From Campylobacterota bacterium (GTDB lineage Bacteria > Campylobacterota > Campylobacteria > Campylobacterales > Sulfurimonadaceae): a stretch of 29,748 nt of DNA. This document shows positions 17,703 through 27,189 of this stretch, in pieces. The notes below the pieces were generated by a model. The model was not told where the DNA came from. It saw nothing but the letters and a program-made list of their open reading frames with translations, and searched no databases. Location of the stretch: assembly GCA_034717975.1 (NCBI GenBank), contig JAYEMF010000144.1, positions 1 through 29,748 on the forward strand, given 5' to 3'. The first letter of the stretch is position 1. Every line of letters begins with the position of its first letter. The position numbers were made by a program, and so were the translations under genes.

Positions 17703-18647
17703 ATGTTAGATTTAGCAATTATCGGAGGCGGACCAGCTGGTCTGACGGCAGGACTTTATGCAACTCGCGGCGGTTTAGAGAATGTTACAATGTTTGAAAA
17801 AGGGATGCCCGGTGGTCAGATCACGCAGAGCTCCGAGATCGAAAACTATCCTGGTGTAACCGGTGAGATCACTGGTATGGACCTGATGATGCCATGGCCG
17901 GAACAGTGCCAGCGTTTCGGATTGAAACATGACATGGTAGAAATAACCCGTGTCGCTCGCAAAGAGGATGGCAATTTCACGATCACTAAAGGTGACGGTA
18001 CAACAGAAGAGGCGATGAGTGTCTTGGTCTGTACCGGTTCAACACCAAAACGTGCAGGCTTTGCCGGTGAAGATGAGTTCTTCGGTAGAGGTGTAAGTAC
18101 CTGTGCCACCTGTGACGGTTTTTTCTACAAAGGGAAAGAGGTCGCTGTTATCGGGGGCGGTGACACCGCTATTGAAGAGGCACTCTACCTGGCCAAGATC
18201 TGTTCAAAAGTCTACCTTATCCACCGCCGAGACGCCTTCCGTTGTGCACCAAATACAACTGAGCGACTTAAAGCTACTGAAAATATCGAACTGGTACTCA
18301 ACAGTGTCCCGGATGAAGTCTATGGTGATGCCATGGGCGTCACCGGTATCTGCGTCAAAGGCAACGACGGCAGTGAACGCAACATCGATGTACCTGGTGT
18401 CTTCGTATTTGTCGGTAATGATGTCAATAATCAAGTCTTGCTCCAGGATGATGAAACATTCCTCTGCGATATGACAGAGTGGGGAGAAGTAAAAGTCAAC
18501 ATTACGATGAATACTTCCGTACCGGGACTATACGCTGCAGGCGATATGCGTATTGATGCGCCAAAACAGGTTGTCTGTGCAGCCGGCGATGGTGCTGTTG
18601 CTGCTTTGCAGGCGATCACCTATGTAGATGAAAAAGTGAACCACTAA
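17703..18647 (+). CDS. trxB: Thioredoxin reductase
   Basis: [39 protein letters not shown]. Confidence 0.97.
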   Translation: MLDLAIIGGGPAGLTAGLYATRGGLENVTMFEKGMPGGQITQSSEIENYPGVTGEITGMDLMMPWPEQCQRFGLKHDMVEITRVARKEDGNFTITKGDGTTEEAMSVLVCTGSTPKRAGFAGEDEFFGRGVSTCATCDGFFYKGKEVAVIGGGDTAIEEALYLAKICSKVYLIHRRDAFRCAPNTTERLKATENIELVLNSVPDEVYGDAMGVTGICVKGNDGSERNIDVPGVFVFVGNDVNNQVLLQDDETFLCDMTEWGEVKVNITMNTSVPGLYAAGDMRIDAPKQVVCAAGDGAVAALQAITYVDEKVNH

Positions 18648-19417
18648 TGATAAAAGTCGGTGTATTTGGGGCCAGTGGACGTGTTGGACAACTTATTTTA
18701 GATGATCTTCGTACCGAAGAGGGGATCTCTCTCTCATCGGTTTATGTTCGTAATGAACTGAACTTTTCTATTGACCCATCTGTCCTTGTCACCAATGATC
18801 TGACTACATTTTTAAATGGCTGTGACATCGTCATTGACTTCTCTCTTCCTGATGCAGCACAATCACTCTTTGAAGCTGCACTTATCACTCCTAAACCTAT
18901 TGTCAGCGGTACAACCGGTCTGGATGTTCATCAACTGAACCTGCTTCGTGATGCCAGTGAAGCGATGCCGATTCTTTATGCTACAAACATGTCGCTGGGT
19001 GTTGCCTTGATGAACAAACTGGTAAACATCGCTTCACAGACGCTTGACGGGTTTGATATTGAGATCGTTGAGCAGCATCACCGCCACAAGAAAGATGCCC
19101 CAAGCGGTACGGCATTGACCCTGGCCGAATCAGCGGCCAAAGGACGTGACCTTAGTCTTGACAAGGTTCGTATCAGCGGTCGAAACGGAAACATTGGCGA
19201 GCGTACCAAAGATGAGATCGCTGTCATGGCACTGCGCGGTGGTGACATCGTCGGACGTCATACTGTTGGTTTCTACAACGACGGCGAATTCATTGAGCTA
19301 AATCATACGGCGACAAGCCGCAACACCTTTTCAAAAGGTGCGATCCGTGCAGCAAAATGGCTGCAAACAAAAGAGGCTGGTCTTTACTCCATCGCTGACA
19401 GCCTTGAACTTTTTTAG
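18647..19417 (+). CDS. dapB: 4-hydroxy-tetrahydrodipicolinate reductase
   Basis: [44 protein letters not shown]. Confidence 0.97.
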   Translation: MIKVGVFGASGRVGQLILDDLRTEEGISLSSVYVRNELNFSIDPSVLVTNDLTTFLNGCDIVIDFSLPDAAQSLFEAALITPKPIVSGTTGLDVHQLNLLRDASEAMPILYATNMSLGVALMNKLVNIASQTLDGFDIEIVEQHHRHKKDAPSGTALTLAESAAKGRDLSLDKVRISGRNGNIGERTKDEIAVMALRGGDIVGRHTVGFYNDGEFIELNHTATSRNTFSKGAIRAAKWLQTKEAGLYSIADSLELF

Positions 19418-19429
19418 TAAGGACCAGCC

Positions 19430-20785
19430 GTGGAAAGAGCATTAAACGAAGAGTGTGCAGTCGTCGGTATCTTTAATCATCAAGAAGCATCCAGACTCGC
19501 CTATTTTTCACTGCACGCCATGCAGCATCGCGGGCAGGAAGCCGCCGGAATCAGCAGCGGAGACGGTGTACGTCTTCACACCATCAAAAAACGTGGACTT
19601 GTCTCTCGGGTTTTCAGTGAACAGAAACTGGCAAAACTTCAGGGACATATGGCCATCGGGCATACCCGCTACTCGACTGCCGGAGACGACTCCATCCTGG
19701 ATGCCCAGCCGGTACATGCGAACTATGACCTTGGACAGATCTCTATCGTACATAATGGAAATCTTACCAATGCCGAAGAGGTACGTAATGCTCTGATCGA
19801 GAAGGGTTCTATTTTCCAGAGCCATATGGATACGGAGAACCTGATCCACCTGATCGCCCGCAGTGATCAGAAAAAACTAAAAGACCGTATTATTGATGCC
19901 GTCAAGCAGATTGTCGGTGCCTACTCTTTGGTCTTTTTAAGCCGAACCAAAATGTTTGCTGTACGTGATCCGCATGGTTTCAGACCGCTTAGCCTTGGAC
20001 GTGTAGGAGATGGCTATGTCGTTGCTTCGGAGACAAGCGCCTTTGACCTGATCGGTGCCGAGTATATCCGTGATGTCAACCCGGGCGAGATGTTGATCTT
20101 TGAAAAAGACAAAGAGCCGCAATCACTCCAGCTTTTTGAGCCTACACCAAAGCACTGCATCTTCGAGTATGTCTATTTTGCACGTCCTGATTCCAACGTT
20201 TATGGTCAGAATGTTTACCAAAAACGTAAAAACATGGGTATGGAGCTGGCCAAAGAGAAGCCGATTGAAGCCGATATGGTCGTCCCTGTTCCTGATGGCG
20301 GTGTTCCCGCAGCGATTGGCTACTCACAGGCAAGCGGTATCCCTTACGAGATGGGAATTATGCGAAATCACTATATCGGTCGTACTTTCATCGAGCCGAC
20401 ACAGGAGATGCGTGATCTGAAAGTGAAGATGAAGCTCTCACCGATCACCAACCTGATCAAAGGCAAACGTCTTGTCGTCATCGATGATTCTATCGTTCGC
20501 GGCACGACAAGCCGACGTATCGTTCGTATGCTTAAAGAGGCCGGTGCCGCGGAAGTACATATGCGTATCTCATCACCGCCGACTACAGACCCCTGTTACT
20601 ATGGTGTCGATACACCGGATAAAGAGAACCTGATTGCAGCCAATATGACAAATGATCAGATCTGTGAATACATTGGCGCTGATTCGGTGGCCTACCTTTC
20701 CAATGAGGGTCTGCTTCGCAGCGTCAATGCAAGTGATCAATCCACTTACTGTACAGCCTGTTTCACCGGCGACTACATCGTTTAG
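19430..20785 (+). CDS. purF: Amidophosphoribosyltransferase
   Basis: EECAVVG (propeptide then catalytic Cys), QHRGQE, GHTRYST, CIFEYVYFARPDS, VIDDSIVRGTT, C-terminal CTACF. Confidence 0.98.
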   Translation: MERALNEECAVVGIFNHQEASRLAYFSLHAMQHRGQEAAGISSGDGVRLHTIKKRGLVSRVFSEQKLAKLQGHMAIGHTRYSTAGDDSILDAQPVHANYDLGQISIVHNGNLTNAEEVRNALIEKGSIFQSHMDTENLIHLIARSDQKKLKDRIIDAVKQIVGAYSLVFLSRTKMFAVRDPHGFRPLSLGRVGDGYVVASETSAFDLIGAEYIRDVNPGEMLIFEKDKEPQSLQLFEPTPKHCIFEYVYFARPDSNVYGQNVYQKRKNMGMELAKEKPIEADMVVPVPDGGVPAAIGYSQASGIPYEMGIMRNHYIGRTFIEPTQEMRDLKVKMKLSPITNLIKGKRLVVIDDSIVRGTTSRRIVRMLKEAGAAEVHMRISSPPTTDPCYYGVDTPDKENLIAANMTNDQICEYIGADSVAYLSNEGLLRSVNASDQSTYCTACFTGDYIV

Positions 20786-20797
20786 GAATGGCTATTT

Positions 20798-21763
20798 TTG
20801 AAACCTGAACAGATCTACACATTCGGTACCTATCTGCATGACAAATTCGGTACCAAAGTCTATAAGGTGCCCATCTCTATCTCGGGCTTTACCTGTCCCA
20901 ACATTGATGGCACCGTGGCAAAAGGCGGCTGTACCTTCTGTGAAAATGACTCTTTCAGCCCCAGCCTGGATCAGGCCAAACCGCTAAAAGGTTTTTACCT
21001 CAACCTTGACTCAACTGAAAATCCAAACCTGGATAAACAGTTGGAACAGTTGCAGATGCAGTTTGAAAACTTGAGTGCCAGACTCCGACGAGAGTATGGT
21101 GCCAAGAAATTTCTGGTCTATTTCCAATCGTTTACCAACACCTACGCCCCGCTTGAAACACTTAAGACACTTTATGAATACGCATTGGGCTTTGATGATG
21201 TTATAGGATTGAGTATCGGTACACGTTCAGACAGTGTCACTGATGAGGCATTGGCTTACCTCGCAGAGCTCGCTAAAACAAAAGAGATCTGGATCGAGTA
21301 TGGTATCCAGTCAGTTTACGACAAGACGCTAGAGCGTATCAACCGCGGTCATGACAGTGCCAATGTCAAAGAGTGGATTCTCAAATCAAAAGCTTATGGT
21401 CTTAATGTCTGCGGTCATCTTATCTTTGGACTTCCAGGAGAAGACAAGGCAATGATGCTCGAAACAGCAGCCCAGGCATACAGCTGGGAACTGGATTCGG
21501 TCAAATACCATCCGCTCTATGTCGTCAAACGAACAGCGCTGGCGAATGAGTTCTCCCGCGGCGAGTTCAAACCGATAAGCGAAGAGGATTATCTTGACGT
21601 GCTGGTCAAAGCGATAGAGATGAAACCGGCCAATGTTTCCGTTCAGCGGATCACCGCCGGGATAGATGATGACAGTCTGCTTGGACCCGACTGGTGCCGT
21701 GACAAGAACAAGCAGATACGTCATATCAATGCCGCACTAAAACAGGTCGGACTAAAATATTAG
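20798..21763 (+). CDS. YhcC/TIGR01212-type radical SAM protein
   Basis: GFTCPNIDG...GGCTFC, YFQSFTNTY, IGTR, EYGIQS, INRGHD, HLIFGLPGE. TTG start. Confidence 0.92.
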   Translation: MKPEQIYTFGTYLHDKFGTKVYKVPISISGFTCPNIDGTVAKGGCTFCENDSFSPSLDQAKPLKGFYLNLDSTENPNLDKQLEQLQMQFENLSARLRREYGAKKFLVYFQSFTNTYAPLETLKTLYEYALGFDDVIGLSIGTRSDSVTDEALAYLAELAKTKEIWIEYGIQSVYDKTLERINRGHDSANVKEWILKSKAYGLNVCGHLIFGLPGEDKAMMLETAAQAYSWELDSVKYHPLYVVKRTALANEFSRGEFKPISEEDYLDVLVKAIEMKPANVSVQRITAGIDDDSLLGPDWCRDKNKQIRHINAALKQVGLKY

Positions 21764-21809
21764 GCCTTTTTAGGCAAATATTTATGCAATTCATTCTAAA
21801 ATTCCTATT

Positions 21810-22016
21810 ATGATTAAAAAATTAAAAGACAAAGCCAAAGATACCAAAGATCTCTTCAAGGATTATGTTCCAGAAGTACTGGAGTATGATCCCGATATTG
21901 ACGGAAGCGAAGAGCACCTCATCCGTGACCGCCTGCTAGAAGAGAAAGAGAAACTTAAAGACACAATCGGCAAGCTCAAAGACAAGATCCGTGGAACCGG
22001 CAAAGTACGCCGCTGA
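21810..22016 (+). CDS. Small charged hypothetical protein (68 aa)
   Basis: ORF fills the intergenic gap and has TAAAAT 7 nt before its ATG. Confidence 0.6.
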   Translation: MIKKLKDKAKDTKDLFKDYVPEVLEYDPDIDGSEEHLIRDRLLEEKEKLKDTIGKLKDKIRGTGKVRR

Positions 22017-22112
22017 TACCACTGACTTAAAACTTTTTCCTCTCCGCCGCCCTTTATGACCGCTTAATCTCAATAGCACTACAATTCTCCACTTTGACAA
22101 AGGTCTTCCATA

Positions 22113-22799
22113 ATGATCCAACAGGCACACAATGCGTACAACCAAGGTGATTTCACTACGGCGTTTAAACTTTACTCTGATCTTGCGGCCAAAGATGATG
22201 CTACCGCACAGACCTCATTAGCCTACATGTATCAAAATGCACAGGGAACAGACGCTGATGAGCCCAAAGCCCTTGAACTTTATGAAAAAGCAGCAGAAAA
22301 AAAACAGCCCTATGCCCTCTATAATCTTGCTGTTCTCTACACTAACGGTATTGGCGGTGTAGCCCATGATCAGTTCAAGGCCCATGCCCTCTTCCTTGAC
22401 GCTGCTATCGGCGAAGTACCTCTGGCACAGTATGAAGTCGCTCTCATGCTTGAACGCGGTCTGGGATGCCTTCAGAACTACTCAGAGGCCGCTTTCTGGT
22501 ATGAAGAAGCTGCTAAACGTGGAAACATTGAAGCCTTCAATAACCTCGGTGTACTCTATAAAGAGGGCCACGGAGTACCTGTTGACTATGATCGTGCCTA
22601 TATCTGCTTTTCACGTGCAGCAGAAGGAAATCTCGCACAAGGCCAGTACAATCTCGGACTGCTCTATGATCAGGGACTCGGGACTGAAGAGGATCACGAC
22701 AAAGCACTCGATCTTTGCCGAAAAGCCGCCTATAACGGTCATGAAAAAGCCAAAGCAATCATCCAGGGGCTTCAAGAAGAGGGAAAAATCGTCTTTTAA
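22113..22799 (+). CDS. Sel1-like repeat (TPR) protein
   Basis: Repeated A..LA.MY..G.G...D..KA..Y..AA units, about five copies. Confidence 0.92.
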   Translation: MIQQAHNAYNQGDFTTAFKLYSDLAAKDDATAQTSLAYMYQNAQGTDADEPKALELYEKAAEKKQPYALYNLAVLYTNGIGGVAHDQFKAHALFLDAAIGEVPLAQYEVALMLERGLGCLQNYSEAAFWYEEAAKRGNIEAFNNLGVLYKEGHGVPVDYDRAYICFSRAAEGNLAQGQYNLGLLYDQGLGTEEDHDKALDLCRKAAYNGHEKAKAIIQGLQEEGKIVF

Positions 22800-22803
22800 A
22801 ATG

Positions 22804-22957
22804 GGGAAGAGGAAAGAGGAAAGAGGAAAGAGATAATCATCTGCTACAAAAGCTGTTATAATTTATAAAATATTTATCGTTATTGCAAAATATGATTAAA
22901 GGCATACAATGGTTCCTGTTCCGTTCCCCTCTTCCCGCTTCCCCCTTTCCCCTTTCC
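22804..22957. repeat. Heptamer-palindrome element 6 with ~80-95 nt AT-rich loop
   Basis: GGGAAGA (GGAAAGA)x3 at 22804-22831, and ...TCTTCCC GCTTCCC CCTTTCC CCTTTCC ending at 22957. Confidence 0.85.
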
Positions 22958-22979
22958 TTCGCACCAGAGGTGTGAACTA

Positions 22980-23591
22980 ATGTTCACAGGTCTGATCAGA
23001 GAGATGGCAGAGGTCAAAAACTATAGCGGGAACACCCTTTCACTCCGTGCCGGTCATAAACCAAAACTTGGCGATTCAATAGCGATCAATGGCGCCTGTC
23101 TGAGTGTCACACAGATCGTATCTGATGGCTTCAGTGTCGAACTCTCGCCAGAGACCCAGAAACTGATCGCTACCGAAAATCTCAAAGGGAAAGTCCACAT
23201 GGAACCGGCCATGATGATGGGAGACAGGTTTGAAGGGCATATCGTTCAGGGACATATCGATACGGTCGGGACAGTTCAAGAGATCAAGAATAACGGCAAC
23301 AGCTATGATGTCTATATTGCCATCGACAAAAAGTTCATCCCCTATATTGTCCCAAAAGGCTCTATCACCATTGACGGAGTCAGCCTTACGGTCAATGATG
23401 TACTCGAAGATAGTTTCCGTCTGACGATCATTCCGATCACGATGAAAGAGACTCTATTCGGCCAGTACCAGAAAGGCTCAAAGGTCAACATAGAGACCGA
23501 TATGTTTGCCCGTTACATCGCCCACTTTCTCAAACACCAGCAAAAGTCAATGAGCTGGGATGAAGTCGACCATATCAGTTCGCTCTATTAA
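22980..23591 (+). CDS. ribE: Riboflavin synthase (alpha type; ribE or ribC depending on nomenclature)
   Basis: MFTGL start, GDSIAINGACLSV, GHIVQGHID, KGSITIDGVSLTVN, VNIETD. Confidence 0.96.
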   Translation: MFTGLIREMAEVKNYSGNTLSLRAGHKPKLGDSIAINGACLSVTQIVSDGFSVELSPETQKLIATENLKGKVHMEPAMMMGDRFEGHIVQGHIDTVGTVQEIKNNGNSYDVYIAIDKKFIPYIVPKGSITIDGVSLTVNDVLEDSFRLTIIPITMKETLFGQYQKGSKVNIETDMFARYIAHFLKHQQKSMSWDEVDHISSLY

Positions 23592-24342
23592 CCTCTTCAT
23601 CCGTTAATGGCCTGACATCGGGATTACAGCCAATCTTATGACCCATATCAACCGTTTCAAAACCGCTTAACTCGCTTTTTGAAGCTATCGTTCCGTTGCG
23701 GAACCCCTCTCCCCGGATCAGATAGACGTTAAAGCCGTTTTCATAAAGAGCAAGTCGGGTTTTGAGTGCTGTCGAATAGGTAGTAATTACACCGTCGTCA
23801 GATATTAATCGAGCGATATCCGAAAAATACTCTTTCGTCCAGAGTATAGGGTTCACTCTTGGGCTGAACGCATCCTGATAGACGATATCAAACCCTATCG
23901 TGCATCCCCTAAGGTATTCCCTTGCATCCCCGATATAGAGTTCTATCGTGAGTCCCTTCTCTTCATATCTTCCCTCTTTGACCAGTGTTTTGATAATAGG
24001 CAGATAGGATGCAAAGATATCGGGATAGGTAAATTCACTCAGGGACGCTATCAAGGCCGCATCCAGCTCCGGAGAGTAGATAGCGACTGACTTGTCCAGC
24101 TTGTTCTGCTTCAGATAATAGAGTGTAGCCAGGGTGTTGAAACCCAATCCAAAGCAGATATCCAAAACCGTGATAGTCTGCTTATGCTGTTGGGTAGAAA
24201 AAGCAGGGATGACATGCTTGTTGAGCGATTCGTTCAGAGCCCCGTCGCTGGTGGAGTGGTAGTGTTCATCATATTCGGAAGAGTAAGCGGTAAAGCTGCC
24301 ATCCTCACTTTGGACCATTGTATGTTGCTGATCGTTAAACAT
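23575..24342 (-). CDS. MnmC methyltransferase-domain-only protein (MnmD-like tRNA mnm5s2U34 methyltransferase)
   Basis: EDGSFT.YS..YDEHYHS..GA..ES, LDICFGLGFN, GDA, YQDAFSP..NP.LW, TYS. No FAD oxidase domain. Confidence 0.85.
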   Translation of the reverse strand: MFNDQQHTMVQSEDGSFTAYSSEYDEHYHSTSDGALNESLNKHVIPAFSTQQHKQTITVLDICFGLGFNTLATLYYLKQNKLDKSVAIYSPELDAALIASLSEFTYPDIFASYLPIIKTLVKEGRYEEKGLTIELYIGDAREYLRGCTIGFDIVYQDAFSPRVNPILWTKEYFSDIARLISDDGVITTYSTALKTRLALYENGFNVYLIRGEGFRNGTIASKSELSGFETVDMGHKIGCNPDVRPLTDEEVNRAN

Positions 24343-24349
24343 TTATCTC

Positions 24350-24461
24350 CCGTCATTCCTGCGAAGGATATCTCCCGTTAAAAAAAGGTGAGTGCCCTCA
24401 CATTTTTAGGGAGTAAAGTAAGATTAATAGGCTAAGATTCCTGCTTTCGCAGGAATGACGG
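24350..24461. repeat. REP/dRS3-like element with perfect 16-bp terminal inverted repeats
   Basis: CCGTCATTCCTGCGAA (24350-24365) and TTCGCAGGAATGACGG (24446-24461). The right arm is itself a hairpin, ATTCCTGC-tttc-GCAGGAAT. Confidence 0.8.
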
Positions 24462-24475
24462 ACCTCATAATAGAT

Positions 24476-25063
24476 TTACAGCCCGTTACCCCACATATGC
24501 ATCTTTTTGGCCATTACCAGATCATACTCCTCGAAAATATCTATTTGATTGGCTGCGCGATACTCCGATTTTTCCAGATCTTCGTACATCTTAACGATAT
24601 CCATCTCCCCTTTGGGAACAGTAATAATAACTTCACCTGTATTGGCCAGTGTCGTATAACAGGCTTTCAAAATACGTTCCGGAGAGGTATGACGATGAAA
24701 AACATCGTGGAGAATAACAATATCATTGTCCCGAGGTAGTGCCCTGAAAGGTTTGGCAAAATCAGGTACTGTATGCAGTTTCAGATGTTCGGAAGCTTCA
24801 AAGTGTTGATGCTCACCCGGGAATAGAGAAAGAGAAAGCCGTCCATCATAAGGGATAAGAAAATCAATAAGCAGCTGTGTCAATGCATCGGCATGCGTTG
24901 TGACCTCCAATAGTTTATATCCCGGTTGCGGATGGAATAGCTCTAAAAATTCTCTGTGTTCTTTTTTTTGAGAAGGGGAAAGAGGAAAGTGGGAAGAGGA
25001 TGGTGTACTTATCCTGTTTTGCTCTTTCTCTTTCCTCTTCACGATTTCCTCTTTCCTAATCAT
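24476..25063 (-). CDS. Hypothetical protein with degenerate class I methyltransferase-like fold and repeat-derived N-terminus
   Basis: PGYKLLEV, DIVILHDVFH, ILKACYTTLANTGEVII resemble MTase motifs, but GxGxG is absent. Coupled to the upstream gene (TAATG). Confidence 0.75.
   Translation of the reverse strand: MIRKEEIVKRKEKEQNRISTPSSSHFPLSPSQKKEHREFLELFHPQPGYKLLEVTTHADALTQLLIDFLIPYDGRLSLSLFPGEHQHFEASEHLKLHTVPDFAKPFRALPRDNDIVILHDVFHRHTSPERILKACYTTLANTGEVIITVPKGEMDIVKMYEDLEKSEYRAANQIDIFEEYDLVMAKKMHMWGNGL
24970..25056. repeat. Heptamer-palindrome element 7, in frame inside the CDS 24476-25063
   Basis: GAGAAGG GGAAAGA GGAAAGT GGGAAGA, loop, TCTTTC TCTTTCC TCTTCAC GATTTCC TCTTTCC. About 87 bp. 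Confidence 0.8.
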
Positions 25064-25365
25064 TAAATGGCCAGTTCATTGAGCTCTTTAAATAAAAAGG
25101 CCTCGACAATATCATCAATACTGCGCTGCGTATGGGCAACAAGTACCATTACCTGCTCTTCGATGAAGGACATTACCGGTTCAAAATCATTCGTGACGAC
25201 AACTGCTTCAACCCACTCTTCAATAGCTTCACGGGTGTCATAATATTTGATCTCGACTACCTGACCCTCTTCGAGAACAATCAGTGCCCATTTTTTCACT
25301 TCGTTAATTGAAACAAGTCTTCCTTCTTGCGTATCGTCACTGTCCATTGGGAGTAAAATGTTCAT
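25063..25365 (-). CDS. Acidic hypothetical protein, distantly NifB/NifX-like
   Basis: MNILLPMD start and ...SIDDIVEAFLFKEL end resemble the NifX-like pattern. Coupled to luxS (TGATG). Confidence 0.7.
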   Translation of the reverse strand: MNILLPMDSDDTQEGRLVSINEVKKWALIVLEEGQVVEIKYYDTREAIEEWVEAVVVTNDFEPVMSFIEEQVMVLVAHTQRSIDDIVEAFLFKELNELAI

Positions 25366-25874
25366 CAGAGTCCTTCAACCTTCGACATATCAAGTTTTAA
25401 AGCATCGTTATCCATCACGCCGATACCGGCATTTAGAACATCGTTTGCAATCTCTTTGGCATCTTTAAGCGAATGCATCTTGTAGGTACCGCACTGATAG
25501 ACATTGAGTTCAGGAATATCATTTTGGTTCTCAACTTCCAATATATCTTTCATTGACGCTTCCCAAGCGTTGGCTACCGTTGCTTCATCCGGTTCACCGA
25601 TCAGGCTCATATAAAAACCTGTCTGGCAGCCCATCGGTGAGAGATCGATGATCTCGACCGTATCTGAGTTGAGATGATCACGCATAAACCCGGCAAAGAG
25701 ATGTTCGAGTGTATGGGCACCTTCCGTACTCATCTTCTCTTTGTTCGGCTTGTAAAAACGCAGATCAAATACAGTAAGTTTGTCACCCGATGGCGTCTGC
25801 ATCCCTTTGGCACGGCGAACTGCCGGAGCAGGCATAATGGTATGATCAACGGTAAAACTGTCCAGTAGTGGCAT
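25365..25874 (-). CDS. luxS: S-ribosylhomocysteine lyase LuxS
   Basis: [53 protein letters not shown]. Confidence 0.98.
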   Translation of the reverse strand: MPLLDSFTVDHTIMPAPAVRRAKGMQTPSGDKLTVFDLRFYKPNKEKMSTEGAHTLEHLFAGFMRDHLNSDTVEIIDLSPMGCQTGFYMSLIGEPDEATVANAWEASMKDILEVENQNDIPELNVYQCGTYKMHSLKDAKEIANDVLNAGIGVMDNDALKLDMSKVEGL

Positions 25875-25932
25875 TTTCTTATCCTGATAATTTTTAAGTA
25901 TGGTAGCAAGTTGCTCTTTAAAGCAAGATAGG

Positions 25933-25938
25933 TATAAT
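25933..25938 (+). promoter_or_regulatory. -10 box TATAAT for the class II aldolase gene
   Basis: TATAAT 24 nt upstream of ATG 25963 in the luxS-divergent gap. Confidence 0.45.
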
Positions 25939-25962
25939 TTTCAAAAAGAAAAAAGCAAAATT

Positions 25963-27132
25963 ATGACAAGTTTATTTGACGAAAAACATGCCTCCACTTT
26001 GAGTTCCAAACTGGCGATGCGTGTCTATACCTCACGCCTTTTGGGCCAGGATGCCGACCTCGTACTGCATGGCGGCGGTAACACCTCCGTAAAAATCGAC
26101 GATACGATCTATGTGAAAGGGAGTGGATGGGATCTCTCTTCCATTGAAGAGCCCGGCTTTTCACCCGTTGATCTTGGCATACTTCAAAAGATGGCAACAC
26201 GTGATCATCTGAGCGATACACAGATGGTAAAAGAGCAGCGTGAAGCCCTAAGAGACAGCAGTGCCCCCAATCCTTCCATCGAAGCGATCCTGCACGCGAT
26301 TATCCCCTTTGAGTTTGTAGACCATACCCATGCCGATGCAGTAGTCACCCTTTCCAATACCCCTGATGGCAAAGCACTTATCGAAGAGGTATATGGCGAC
26401 ACTGTACTTATCATCGATTATGTCATGCCAGGTTTTTTACTTGCCAAAGATATCTATGAAAAAACTAAAGATATGGACTGGAGCAAACTGGAGGGGATCG
26501 TTTTACTTAACCACGGTATCTTCACCTTTAATGATGATGCCAAAAAAAGCTATGAGAAGATGATCGAGCTGGTCACCAAAGCTGAAGCCTATATCTATGA
26601 AGCCGCCCTGCTCTTTCCTAAATGTATCTCCGGCGAGATCAGACCCGCTATGCTTGATGAACTTCAAAATGCGGTCTCAAAACTGCGCGGTACAGATATC
26701 ACCCTAAAAGTCATCGACACCATCGACACCTGCACACTATCAAAGCGGCTCAACATCGAGGCTATCGTTCATCGCGGCGGTCTGACACCGGAACATGTCA
26801 TCCGCATTAAACCATTTCCAGCCATTATCGAAAATGACGTTCAAAAAGGCCTCGACAAGTTCGTCAGTGACTATAAAACCTACTTTCGGGAAAATGCCAC
26901 CGATACACATATCTGCCTTGATCTCGCCCCCCGCTACGCTATTGTCAAAGGCGCCGGAGTCGTTACCTTTGGAAAAGATGATAAAGAGGCCAGTGTCATT
27001 GGTGACATCGTCGAACATACGGCAAAAGCGATGCTTACTGCTGAACATCTTGGCGGATGGCAAAGTCTTAAGCCAAGTGATATTTTTGATATGGAATACT
27101 GGGAACTAGAACAAAATAAACTAAAAAAATAA
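25963..27132 (+). CDS. Class II aldolase/adducin family protein (aldolase part of the bifunctional RhaD-SDR type, without the SDR domain)
   Basis: LVLHGGGNTSVK, VKGSGWDL, PSIEAILHA, VDHTHAD, YVMPG, NHGIFTF, TPEHVIR, EYWELEQ. Start chosen at ATG 25963. Confidence 0.88.
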   Translation: MTSLFDEKHASTLSSKLAMRVYTSRLLGQDADLVLHGGGNTSVKIDDTIYVKGSGWDLSSIEEPGFSPVDLGILQKMATRDHLSDTQMVKEQREALRDSSAPNPSIEAILHAIIPFEFVDHTHADAVVTLSNTPDGKALIEEVYGDTVLIIDYVMPGFLLAKDIYEKTKDMDWSKLEGIVLLNHGIFTFNDDAKKSYEKMIELVTKAEAYIYEAALLFPKCISGEIRPAMLDELQNAVSKLRGTDITLKVIDTIDTCTLSKRLNIEAIVHRGGLTPEHVIRIKPFPAIIENDVQKGLDKFVSDYKTYFRENATDTHICLDLAPRYAIVKGAGVVTFGKDDKEASVIGDIVEHTAKAMLTAEHLGGWQSLKPSDIFDMEYWELEQNKLKK

Positions 27133-27140
27133 CATCCAAA

Positions 27141-27170
27141 CTGTTATTCCTGCCTTCAAAGGAATGACAG
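27141..27170. repeat. Collapsed GTCATTCC/GGAATGAC-type palindrome
   Basis: CTGTTATTCCT-gccttcaa-AGGAATGACAG. Confidence 0.55.
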
Positions 27171-27189
27171 AAAATGAAAAGGAGAGACT

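Noticed and set aside
22800..22979. FMN riboswitch upstream of riboflavin synthase
   Set aside because: None of the conserved RFN motifs are present; the region is a heptamer element with an AT-rich loop.
23575..23591. 17-bp 3' overlap of ribE and the MnmD-like gene
   Set aside because: Short convergent overlaps are common in compact genomes.
2205..25056. Heptamer arrays as CRISPR or DGR TR/VR repeats
   Set aside because: No repeat-spacer periodicity, cas genes, reverse transcriptase or adenine-mismatched TR/VR pair in the window.
25900..25962. Upstream ATG for the aldolase
   Set aside because: It spans the candidate -10 box and the luxS upstream region; ATG 25963 is more plausible.
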